The notes: a model not told the origin generated them from the letters alone. A stretch of DNA of 32,967 nucleotides from Nitrospinota bacterium (GCA_046581755.1 JAYGFR010000393.1:1-32967), one strand, 5' to 3'; counted from the first letter of the stretch, positions 1-8,494 are shown. A program made the numbers and translations.

Positions 1-263
1 TGAGAAACTAGATTTCTGCTTAAAAAATGAGGTGAAATCATCTTATGAAGAACTTTATAAGATGAATCATCACTTTCGAGTGCAGCCACTCCTCCTCTAA
101 GCAGATAGCGACGTATATAGTTAATGGTGAACCCTTTTCTAAGAAGACCCTTAGCTTCTAATTTTGTCACTTCAACGATGTCATAAGGATCAGAGATAAT
201 AACTATGTTTTGAATTCCAGGAATATTGCCGTAAAACTTGGTCAGCCCTTCAACCTGAATCAA
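1..263 (-). CDS. Partial ORF running off the left edge; ABC ATPase-like N-terminus joined to an AT-rich cytochrome P450-like segment (probable chimera)
   Basis: TTG start at 263 with GGAGGA 8 nt upstream. Manual translation MIQVEGLTKFYGNIPGIQNIVIISDPYDIVEVTKLEAKGLLRKGFTINYIRRYLLRGGVAALESDDSSYKVLHKMISPHFLSRNLVS stays open to base 1. Not in the ORF track. Confidence 0.5.
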   Translation of the reverse strand, partial: MIQVEGLTKFYGNIPGIQNIVIISDPYDIVEVTKLEAKGLLRKGFTINYIRRYLLRGGVAALESDDSSYKVLHKMISPHFLSRNLVS

Positions 264-477
264 CTGCAATTTCCTCCAGCGGCAGCAAATTTCGGATCGG
301 CGCAAAAGGCATTCACAGGCAAGCGTTCTCGGAAGAACCTAAAAATTCCTGAATCTTTCCGAAAAAAATGCCAAATCCTGAGCGGCGAATTCCAAAAGCC
401 GCTCAACATATAGCCCGCACTTTCCCTCCGTCCGTATGTCAAATTCTTCATGGCATCTGGTTTGAAAAACGACCCTA

Positions 478-506
478 AAAATACGTGTTAATCTGCTAGC
501 TGTCAA
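478..506 (-). promoter_or_regulatory. sigma70-type promoter for the left-edge ORF
   Basis: Minus strand TTGACA (506-501), 17 nt spacer, TATTTT (483-478). Confidence 0.55.
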
Positions 507-580
507 GAAATTTTCCGAGTACCGTTTGTAACTTCGCCATTATTACAACAAATGACTATTCAATTAGATGGACACATTAC

Positions 581-1618
581 TTACTTCTTTTCCCGGGCAA
601 TTTCAACCCGCCCCTTGCCTGACAGGTGGCCTTTTCGGGCGGCCCGCTCCAGGACCTCCGGAATGTTCAGGACTCTCGGCCCCTTCCGGTCGAGTTCGAT
701 CCCCACCCTTTCCCCATCGCCGAGCACGTACTCGCGCTCCCCGTCGAAGGCAAGAACCTGACCGGCGCGACCCGATATCTCGATCCGGTGGCCCGGCAAG
801 ATACGCTTCGATTTTTTAATTCTGGCGCTAGCCACCAATCCCGGCCCGATGGGGGACAAAACCTGTTTTCCCCTTCCACCTCCCCGGGCAAATTCAATCC
901 AAAGACCCTCGGGCTCCTCGGCCGATATGGGATCGATGCTGGCCCCCAGCGCCGAGAGGCCCAGCCCCCCGGGCCGGCATCTCGTCAATGCCAACGCTTC
1001 GAGAAGATCGGTGTCCCACACCGCCCTGGAGCCGGCGAACGCTTCGTTGACGAGCGCCACATCCACGAGCGCCATCTCGGACTCCCCCGAAAGATGCACG
1101 ACGAGCCGCTTCGAGGAGGCCACCTGACGGGCATAGCGGCGCGGCATCCGCGCATAGAGACCCGCGCCCAGGCCCGCGACCGTCCCCTCCCAGGCCTGCG
1201 AGAAAGCGTTGTTGGTTCCCGTCGAAAGCGGAACAAGGGGGCAGCTTCCGCAACCCTTGGCCGCCGCCCGGCTGGTTCCGTCGCCGCCGAGGACCACGAT
1301 GCACGCCGCGCCCTCTTCCCTCATCCGGGCCGCCACCCGGACCGTGTCGACGGATTCCCCTCTCGCATCGACATCGATAAGGCGAACCCTCATTTTCTTC
1401 CTGGTCCCGCCCTCCCGGTGCGCCTCGCAAGCCGCCCTGCCCAGGGAGCCCGCGTCGTCGAGGACCAGCGCCTCTTCCACCTGCGCCGCCTCGAGCCCCG
1501 CCATCACCCGCCGCACGATGAGCAGTTTTTCGTGGTTGCTGAACGTGGTGGCGAGCGCCACCAGGCGGCGGATGTCTTTTCCCGACTGGGGATTCGCAAT
1601 GATACCCACGCAGGACAA
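581..1618 (-). CDS. acoX: ATP-NAD kinase-like / acetoin catabolism AcoX family protein
   Basis: VGIIANPQSGKDIRRLVA N-terminus, LGGDGTSR and STGTNNAF motifs, C-terminal AFDGERE. Likely start is TTG at 1618 after a GGAGG RBS (1628-1624), not 1735. Confidence 0.8.
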   Translation of the reverse strand: MSCVGIIANPQSGKDIRRLVALATTFSNHEKLLIVRRVMAGLEAAQVEEALVLDDAGSLGRAACEAHREGGTRKKMRVRLIDVDARGESVDTVRVAARMREEGAACIVVLGGDGTSRAAAKGCGSCPLVPLSTGTNNAFSQAWEGTVAGLGAGLYARMPRRYARQVASSKRLVVHLSGESEMALVDVALVNEAFAGSRAVWDTDLLEALALTRCRPGGLGLSALGASIDPISAEEPEGLWIEFARGGGRGKQVLSPIGPGLVASARIKKSKRILPGHRIEISGRAGQVLAFDGEREYVLGDGERVGIELDRKGPRVLNIPEVLERAARKGHLSGKGRVEIAREKK

Positions 1619-1803
1619 GGCAACCTCCGCGATCGGGGAAAACCCGGCGTCCGCTATCTCCACTCCGCCGGAATCGGTTAGTGTATGTGCCTTATGGCGC
1701 TTTTCCGTACCGGAGGCTAATGAAGCGGGAGCCAAGCGTCAAGGATCGGGAAATCCCCGATTGGGAAATCCCCATTTAACAAAGGGCGGAGTTCGAATCA
1801 TCC

Positions 1804-3213
1804 ATGGCCACGCGCCGCCGCACATCCCGAAAAATAAAATCATCCCTGGGAGCCGGGAAAGAACCGCCCACCCGCCAGCCGGCCCACCTTCGCCGGGATG
1901 CGAAAGCCATCTTCCGTGCCGCCCTGGCATCGGTCCGGGCGGAAAAAGTGCTCCCCGAAACGATCTCCCTCGAAACAACCAAAGCGGGAGAGTGGCTTCG
2001 GTGCGCCGGGAAGCGGTTCCCGCTCCGGCCGGGCGGGCGGCTCATCGTCGTCGGCGCCGGCAAGGCCAGCTCCCACATGGCGCGTGCGGCCGAGCGCCTT
2101 TTGGGCCGCCGGGTGGATGGCGGCGCCGTCGTCACCCAGAGGGGCCACGCCGTCCGGTGCAAACGGATCGAAATTCTCGAGGCTGGCCATCCGGTTCCGG
2201 ACGAAGACGGAATTGAGGCGGCGCGGACTATCGGCGCCTGGATCGACGGTGCCGGAGAAGAGGATTTGGTGCTTTGCCTGATTTCGGGCGGTGGCTCAGC
2301 CCTGATGCCCGCCCCGGCCGAGGGAGTCACGCTCGGGGAAAAGCGTGCGGCCACCGGCGCTCTTCTGAAATCGGGCGCAACGATCAACGCCCTGAACTGT
2401 GTGCGAAAACACCTCTCCCGCCTCAAGGGGGGCCACATCGCCCTGCGCGCCGCCCCGGCCCGTCTCCTGACCCTGGCCATATCGGACGTGATCGGCGATC
2501 CGCTCGACGTCATCGCATCCGGGCCAACCTGCGGTGACCCCACCACCTTCGCCGACGCCGAGCGTGAGCTGAAATCCCACGGCGTCTGGAAGAGCCTCCC
2601 GCCCGGCATACGCCGGCACCTCCAAAAAGGGATCGCCGGCGATATTCCCGAGACACCGGACCCGGCGGACCCGTTATTCGAGCGGGTGCACAACGTCGTT
2701 GCCGCCAACAACGAGACCGCCCTGAAGGCCGCCGCTTGTGCCGCGCGCGCCCTGGGATACCGCCCGATGATTCTCACCCGGCGCATGCAGGGAGAGGCCC
2801 GCGAAATCGGCCGCTTTCTGGCGGGATTGACCGATGGAGTCCGAGGCGAGGGATTTCCCGCCCGGCCGCCGGTCTGTCTTCTCCTGGGAGGAGAGACAAC
2901 CGTCACCGTCCGGGGAAAGGGCATCGGTGGCCGGTGCCAGGAACTGGCCTTGTCGTTTCTTGGACGGATCGCTGATTGCGATTCGGTTTGCCTCCTCTCC
3001 GCGGGCAGCGACGGGAGGGATGGCCCCTCCCCGACGGCCGGGGCAATCGTGGACGGCGGATCAATGGAAATTCTGAAAAAACAAGGTCTTGACGTGGGAT
3101 CCTTTTTGAGTGAAAATGACAGTTATGGATATTTCAACAGGTTCGGAGGGGCCTTTTCTTTAACTCCCACCGGAACCAACGTGATGGATATTGTGGTTTT
3201 GCTTGTTTGTTGA
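1804..3213 (+). CDS. Glycerate 2-kinase (GckA/TtuD, MOFRL family)
   Basis: GAGKAS, EAGHPVPD, LISGGGSAL, RKHLSRLKGG, SDVIGD..IASGP, GGETTV, GRCQE, DGRDG and TGTNVMD motifs. Confidence 0.92.
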   Translation: MATRRRTSRKIKSSLGAGKEPPTRQPAHLRRDAKAIFRAALASVRAEKVLPETISLETTKAGEWLRCAGKRFPLRPGGRLIVVGAGKASSHMARAAERLLGRRVDGGAVVTQRGHAVRCKRIEILEAGHPVPDEDGIEAARTIGAWIDGAGEEDLVLCLISGGGSALMPAPAEGVTLGEKRAATGALLKSGATINALNCVRKHLSRLKGGHIALRAAPARLLTLAISDVIGDPLDVIASGPTCGDPTTFADAERELKSHGVWKSLPPGIRRHLQKGIAGDIPETPDPADPLFERVHNVVAANNETALKAAACAARALGYRPMILTRRMQGEAREIGRFLAGLTDGVRGEGFPARPPVCLLLGGETTVTVRGKGIGGRCQELALSFLGRIADCDSVCLLSAGSDGRDGPSPTAGAIVDGGSMEILKKQGLDVGSFLSENDSYGYFNRFGGAFSLTPTGTNVMDIVVLLVC

Positions 3214-3291
3214 AGTGAATATATATTCATACGTAATGTCCTTATAGAAAGTATCAGCGCCCGCCCGGCGATTTTGATTTTGAGGTTTCAT

Positions 3292-4056
3292 ATGGCAACT
3301 TTGCCCGGCTTGTGGGTCCGGTCCGCGACATTCATCGCCGCCGGAGCCTTTGTTTGCCTGCTCTCCCCCGCCCCCGCTCAAAGCGCGGCAAGTTCTCTTG
3401 TTGTCAGCAATTATTCCAAGCCTCTGATTGTCACCCAACCAAACGGCCTTCCCAAGGGATGGAAGCTCCGGATTTGGGCCGGCGAGCCGGATGTGAAGGT
3501 CATTCGGGAGAACGGCAAAAATGTTCTCCGCCTTAGAAGTAGAGTTGCATCTCTCAGTTTATACAAAGACTTAAAGGTCAATCTCAAGAATTATCCTCAT
3601 CTTAAATGGCGCTGGAAAGTCACCAAGCTCCCCAAAAATGCCGATGCGCGGGTCAACAACCGCGACGATCAGGCCGCCGGCGTTTACGTCGTATTTCCCC
3701 GCTTTCCAAAGATGATCAACACCCAGCTTTTGGCTTATATATGGGAAACCAGCGCCCCGGTCGGCTCCATCCTTCGAAACAAGAAAAACCCCGCGGTCCA
3801 TTACATCGTGGTCCGCAGCGGGAAGGGCCGGCTCAACGAGTGGATTACCGAGGAGCGCAACGTCATCGAGGACTACCGCCAGGTGTTCGGCGAGGACCCG
3901 CCAATGGTGGGCGGGGTCGCCCTGCTCATCGACAGCGACGATACCCACTCCCAGGCGGAAAGTTATTTCGCCAAGATCGAATTCCTCAAGCGATCTCACG
4001 TACAATTACCGCCACCGGCCAACCAGCTCGTCAAATCGATCATCCCCAAGCCCTAA
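3292..4056 (+). CDS. DUF3047-like exported protein
   Basis: Signal-peptide-like N-terminus; LKWRWKV, DDQAAGVYVVF, LAYIW, WITEERNVIEDYRQVFGE and DSDDT motifs; ATG at 3292 after TGAGG. Confidence 0.8.
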   Translation: MATLPGLWVRSATFIAAGAFVCLLSPAPAQSAASSLVVSNYSKPLIVTQPNGLPKGWKLRIWAGEPDVKVIRENGKNVLRLRSRVASLSLYKDLKVNLKNYPHLKWRWKVTKLPKNADARVNNRDDQAAGVYVVFPRFPKMINTQLLAYIWETSAPVGSILRNKKNPAVHYIVVRSGKGRLNEWITEERNVIEDYRQVFGEDPPMVGGVALLIDSDDTHSQAESYFAKIEFLKRSHVQLPPPANQLVKSIIPKP

Positions 4057-4187
4057 GGCGCCTTGGGTGAAATCATTCGCCGGACCTGAAATTTTCTTTC
4101 ACCCTTCATACCCGGTATACTGCCTCCTGCACCTGAGAGAACCATTCATTCAGGCCCCCATTCCCCGGGACGGAGTTGGGTAGCGAT

Positions 4188-5606
4188 ATGCCCCGGACAA
4201 AAATCGTCTGCACACTGGGTCCAGCGAGCAACAAGGCATCCATCCTGCGATCCATGATTCGCGCCGGGATGAACGTGGCCCGCCTCAACTTCTCCCACGG
4301 CACCCAAGCCGAGCACAGGGCCACCATCCGGAAAATCCGGCGAATCGCATCCGAGGAAGACCGCCCCATCGCCGTCCTCGCCGACATGGGAGGGCCCAAA
4401 TTCCGCCTCGGAAAGGTGAAGACCGGAGAAACGCTCCGCGAAGGGCGGCGGGTGAGCTTGATGGGCCAGGCCCGCCTGGGCACATCGGATAGACTCTCCA
4501 CCAACCGGCCCACACTCCTCCCCCAGCTGGGCCTGGGGGACCGCGTCATGATCTGGGACGGCAAGGTCCAGCTCGAGGTCATCGAAACCGGGGAAGAGGA
4601 AGTCACCTGCCGGGTCGTCATCGGCGGGCCGCTCAAGGACGGCGCCGGGCTCAACATGCCGGACACCACCCTCGACATTCCGGCCCTGACGGATAAGGAC
4701 AAAAAAGACATCGCCTTCTGCGCCCGGCAAGGGGTGGACTTCATCGCCCTCTCCTTCGTGCGGACGGCGGCGGATATTGAGTTGTGCCGCCGCGAAATTC
4801 GCTCCAACAAAGTGGACATCCCCATCGTCGCGAAGATGGAGAAAACCGAGGCCATCCGGAATCTCGAGGAAATCATCGAGGCGACGGATGGGGTGATGGT
4901 CGCGCGCGGAGACTTGGGGATCGAGATTCCCCTCGAGGAGGTTCCGCGCGCCCAGAAGAGAATCATCGCCTGCGCCAACACGCTCGGGAAACCCGTCATC
5001 ACGGCCACCGAGATGCTCTTGTCCATGGTGGATGCGGCCCGTCCCACCAGGGCCGAGGCCGGCGACGTGGCCAATGCCATCCTCGATGGGTCCGACGCCG
5101 TCATGCTCAGCGAGGAAACATCGGTGGGCAAACATCCCTCCGAAGTCATCCGGATGATGGCCCGCATCGCCGAGGCGACCGAGAAAGGCGCCGCCGACTC
5201 GTTCAACGAGGCCAGGAGGCACCGGTCCGCGGACGGCGATTCCGATCTGGGCCATGCGATCGCCCGCTCCACCGTGGACCTTGCCCGCGACCTGAACGCC
5301 GCCGTGATCATCACCCCGACGGACTCGGGCGACACGCCCCGGCGGCTCGTTCTCCAGCGCCCCCCGCAGGCCGTGATCGCCCTGAGCACCTCGGATCGGA
5401 CCCTCCGGCGGCTTGCCCTTTCTTGGGGCGTCGTTCCATGGAAACTACCGCGCCGCCTGCCCCTCGAAAAGATTCTTCCTGCTATCCGGGATCGAATCCT
5501 CGACGAGCAACTGGGAGTCCAGGGCGATCATGTCATTTTCTGCGCGGGCTATCCCTTCGGAGCCAAAGAGAATTCGGGAAGGGTCATTCAAACCGAGGTG
5601 ATCTGA
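4188..5606 (+). CDS. pyk: Pyruvate kinase (GPK form, predicted K+-independent)
   Basis: RTKIVCTLGPAS, ARLNFSHG, DMGGPKFR, MVARGDLG, PTRAEAGDVANAILDGSDAVMLS. Confidence 0.97.
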   Translation: MPRTKIVCTLGPASNKASILRSMIRAGMNVARLNFSHGTQAEHRATIRKIRRIASEEDRPIAVLADMGGPKFRLGKVKTGETLREGRRVSLMGQARLGTSDRLSTNRPTLLPQLGLGDRVMIWDGKVQLEVIETGEEEVTCRVVIGGPLKDGAGLNMPDTTLDIPALTDKDKKDIAFCARQGVDFIALSFVRTAADIELCRREIRSNKVDIPIVAKMEKTEAIRNLEEIIEATDGVMVARGDLGIEIPLEEVPRAQKRIIACANTLGKPVITATEMLLSMVDAARPTRAEAGDVANAILDGSDAVMLSEETSVGKHPSEVIRMMARIAEATEKGAADSFNEARRHRSADGDSDLGHAIARSTVDLARDLNAAVIITPTDSGDTPRRLVLQRPPQAVIALSTSDRTLRRLALSWGVVPWKLPRRLPLEKILPAIRDRILDEQLGVQGDHVIFCAGYPFGAKENSGRVIQTEVI

Positions 5607-5608
5607 GC

Positions 5609-6550
5609 GTGGCCGGAAATGTGGGCATCTACCTCGGGATCGATCTGGGAGGCACCCGCGTCAAAGCGGCCCGCTTCACCCCGGATGGCGTTCGGGAAGC
5701 TTCGGAAAGCGCGCCCTCCGAAGCCCAAGGGGACGCGGACGCCATCCTCGAGGCGATCCATTCGGCGGCTTCTTCGCTGGCCGGAAACGCGGACCTGCTC
5801 GGAGTGGGCCTGGGCGCCGCCGGGCTCCTCGATCCCGAGGCGGGCCGGATTCTCAACTCCCCCAACATCCCCTCCCTGAACGGATTCGATCTCAAGGCCC
5901 GCCTCCAGGAGGCCTTCGGAAATGTCCCCGTCCATATGATGAACGACGCGAACGCGGCCGCATTGGGCGAATTCCACGCGGGCGCGGGCGTGGACTCATC
6001 GAGCATGTTTCTCCTCACTCTGGGAACGGGAATCGGTGGCGGATTCGTCGTCAATGGAAAAATCTGGGGAGGGGCGGCGGGTGTTGCCGCCGAAGCTGGC
6101 CATATGTGCATTCAGGCGGACGGTCCCCTATGCCACTGCGGGGCGCGGGGCTGTCTGGAGGCATGCGTCTCGGGCTGGGCGTTCGTCCGGGACGCCGAGG
6201 AAATCGCCCGGAACACACCCGCCTCCGCCATCGCCCGGCTGCCCTCCCTCACGCCCCTCGCCTTGGCCAGGTTGGCCGAGGGCGGTGACGCGTATGCGCG
6301 CTCCCTTTGGGAGAAAGCGGGAACGATGCTCGGCACCGGCATCGCCAACCTGATGAATCTCCTGAACCCGGATTGTGTCGTGTTGGCCGGGGGGCTTGGA
6401 AAGGCGGGGAGCCTGTTACTCGATCCGGCCCGGCGCGCCTGGGAGAGCCAGGCTTTCGAGGAGGCCCACAAATCCACTGCCGTCAAGATGGGAGCCCTCG
6501 GCGAATGGGCCGGAGTTCGTGGCGCGATCCAGCCGTTTTTGGATCCGTAA
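5609..6550 (+). CDS. ROK family sugar kinase (glucokinase-like)
   Basis: GIDLGGT, NDANAAALGE, LGTGIGGG, EAGH and the CHCGARGCLE Zn motif. GTG start 2 nt after the pyk stop; the longer 4784 ORF is an overlap artefact. Confidence 0.92.
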   Translation: MAGNVGIYLGIDLGGTRVKAARFTPDGVREASESAPSEAQGDADAILEAIHSAASSLAGNADLLGVGLGAAGLLDPEAGRILNSPNIPSLNGFDLKARLQEAFGNVPVHMMNDANAAALGEFHAGAGVDSSSMFLLTLGTGIGGGFVVNGKIWGGAAGVAAEAGHMCIQADGPLCHCGARGCLEACVSGWAFVRDAEEIARNTPASAIARLPSLTPLALARLAEGGDAYARSLWEKAGTMLGTGIANLMNLLNPDCVVLAGGLGKAGSLLLDPARRAWESQAFEEAHKSTAVKMGALGEWAGVRGAIQPFLDP

Positions 6551-6698
6551 TGAGAAATAGAATTTTCATAGTGTTACCTCTTCCTTTGCATGCACCCACA
6601 TAAATTAATGTAGATAATAGATTATTCTTGATATATTATTGATATATTTTATGCAATTCTATTTATAATTTCCTAAGATATATTTTTCTACGTATATG

Positions 6699-6734
6699 TT
6701 GACAAGATAACAGTGTTAAGTTAATTTAACTTAA
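6699..6734 (+). promoter_or_regulatory. sigma70 promoter overlapped by a 19-bp DtxR/IdeR-type operator
   Basis: TTGACA at 6699-6704, 17 nt spacer, TAATTT at 6722-6727. Near-perfect palindrome TTAAGTTAATTTAACTTAA at 6716-6734 matches the DtxR consensus TTAGGTTAGCCTAACCTAA at 14/19. Confidence 0.8.
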
Positions 6735-6773
6735 TTATTTCAGGACCGAGCAATCTTTTTCAGGAGAGTCCCT

Positions 6774-7322
6774 ATGCCAACCCCTCACCAAAAAGCCCGC
6801 GGGGAGCTTTCGCCCAGCCTGGAGCATTATCTCCGCTCGATATACGACCTCCAGGAAGAGAAGGGATACGCCCGGGTCACCGACATCGCCGAGAAGCTGG
6901 GGGTGGCGAAACCGGCCGTCTCCTCCGCCCTCAAGACGCTCCGCGCGGCCGGGTTCGTGGATCACCGGGTGTATGAGAGCGTGCTCCTGACCGACGAGGG
7001 GATGATCCGGGCCAAGAGCGTATCGGGAAAATTCGCCATCCTCCTCGAATTTCTCACCTCCATCCTGGGGGTGGAGGAGGAACAGGCCTTCGTCGATGCC
7101 TGCCTGATGGAGCATTACGTGAGCGGAAACTCGATGGACCGCGTTCTGGATCTTCTCCGCTTTTTCGAGGACAAGGACCATCAGGATGCCCTGGACGCTT
7201 TCCGCGCCTTTCGGCGCTCATGCGAGAGCGAAACCTCCTGCCCTTCCTGCTCGTTCCACTGCGATGTCAGCATCCAGACATCCGGCGGTGTGGCCGGCCG
7301 CATGGCCGGGAGCGGAGCCTGA
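6774..7322 (+). CDS. DtxR/MntR family metal-dependent repressor with a C-terminal Cys4 motif
   Basis: SLEHYLRSIY, ARVTDIAEKLGVAKPAVS (wHTH), DACLMEH; tail CESETSCPSCSFHC; AGGAG RBS. Confidence 0.9.
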   Translation: MPTPHQKARGELSPSLEHYLRSIYDLQEEKGYARVTDIAEKLGVAKPAVSSALKTLRAAGFVDHRVYESVLLTDEGMIRAKSVSGKFAILLEFLTSILGVEEEQAFVDACLMEHYVSGNSMDRVLDLLRFFEDKDHQDALDAFRAFRRSCESETSCPSCSFHCDVSIQTSGGVAGRMAGSGA

Positions 7323-7380
7323 GAGCCGGCGGAATAGACAAACCTGAGAACCAGTGAAATAGAGAAAGGAACTGAAAACC

Positions 7381-8421
7381 TTGCGAAAAATAATCTTTAT
7401 CCTCGGAATCGCTGCGCTGGCGGCATACGCACCCGTGGGAGCGGAGAGCGCCGAAGAGGTCAATCTGTATTCCTTCCGCCAGCCGTTTTTAATCAGACCC
7501 ATGCTCGGTGAGTTCACCAAAAGAACTGGAATCCGGGTCAACGCCGTATTCGCCAAAAAGGGGATGATCGAGAAAATCAAGGCCACGCCGGGCGCCGCTG
7601 ACGCCGTTCTCACCTCGGACGTCGGCCGGCTGAACGACATGAGGGAAGCGGGTGTTCTGGCGCCGGTCCGCTCGAAAATCCTCGAGAAAAACATCCCCTC
7701 GCACTACCGCCATCCGGATGGCCTGTGGTTCGGTCTAACCATGCGGGCGCGCGTCCTCTACGTGAGCAGGGACAGGGTGAAGCCCGGCGAGGTGGCCACC
7801 TACGAGGATCTGACCAAGCCGCATCTCCTCGAAAGGGTGTGTGTCCGGTCCGGAAAACACGTCTACAACATCTCCCTGATCGCCTCGATCATCGCCCACA
7901 AGGGCAAGGCCGCCGCCCGGGAATGGCTCCAGGGCCTCAAGCGCAACCTGGCCCGCAAGCCCGGGGGCAACGACCGCGCCCAGGCGAAGGCAATCTACGC
8001 CGGCCAGTGCGACGTGGCCATCGGGAACACTTATTACATGGGGAAAATGCAGACAAACCGCAAAAAGCGCGCCCAGCGGAAATGGGCCGCTTCGATTCGC
8101 CTGCTTTTCCCCAACCAAGGGGGCCGGGGAGCCCATGTAAACATCAGCGGCGCGGCGGTGGTTCGGGGCGCCAGAAACCGGGCAAACGCGGTGAAACTCA
8201 TCGAATTCCTGAGCGGAGATTTCGCCCAGAAATTCTACGCCGGCCGGAATTTCGAATACCCGGTCAAGCACGGTGTCCCGCTCCATCCCCTGGTCAAATC
8301 CTGGGGCGATTTCAAAGCCGACCGAATCGATCTGGCCGAGGTGGCCAAACACCGGAAAGAGGCCTCGAAAATCGTGGACGTGGTTGATTTCAACAATTTT
8401 GTAAAGTCTTCCAAAAACTAG
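7381..8421 (+). CDS. fbpA: Fe3+ ABC transporter substrate-binding protein (FbpA/FutA family)
   Basis: Signal peptide; YSFRQPFLI, WFGLTMRAR, RSGKHVYN, GGNDR, NTYY (Tyr ligands), HVNISG, NFEYP. Confidence 0.92.
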   Translation: MRKIIFILGIAALAAYAPVGAESAEEVNLYSFRQPFLIRPMLGEFTKRTGIRVNAVFAKKGMIEKIKATPGAADAVLTSDVGRLNDMREAGVLAPVRSKILEKNIPSHYRHPDGLWFGLTMRARVLYVSRDRVKPGEVATYEDLTKPHLLERVCVRSGKHVYNISLIASIIAHKGKAAAREWLQGLKRNLARKPGGNDRAQAKAIYAGQCDVAIGNTYYMGKMQTNRKKRAQRKWAASIRLLFPNQGGRGAHVNISGAAVVRGARNRANAVKLIEFLSGDFAQKFYAGRNFEYPVKHGVPLHPLVKSWGDFKADRIDLAEVAKHRKEASKIVDVVDFNNFVKSSKN

Positions 8422-8494
8422 AGGCGGACGGCGGGCGGGGGGGCGCACGATGAAATCGATCCCCTCTCATTGATCCGGGCCTCGCCGCCCCGGC

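Noticed and set aside
451..466. sigma54-like TGGCA-N6-TTGA
   Set aside because: The -12 element is GA rather than GC, and it points into the 3' end of acoX with no sense gene downstream.
4784..5608. N-terminal extension making the ROK kinase 588 aa
   Set aside because: Overlaps pyk in another frame and is low-complexity Arg/Gly-rich; the real start is GTG 5609.
6548..6630. Fur box in the AT-rich region (GATAATAGATTATT)
   Set aside because: Spacing does not fit the 7-1-7 consensus, and such matches arise by chance in very AT-rich DNA.
7320..7322. Other TGA stops (DtxR-like gene, pyk, glycerate kinase, permeases) as Sec codons
   Set aside because: They fall at the expected C-termini, not at conserved Cys positions, and no family sequence continues beyond them.
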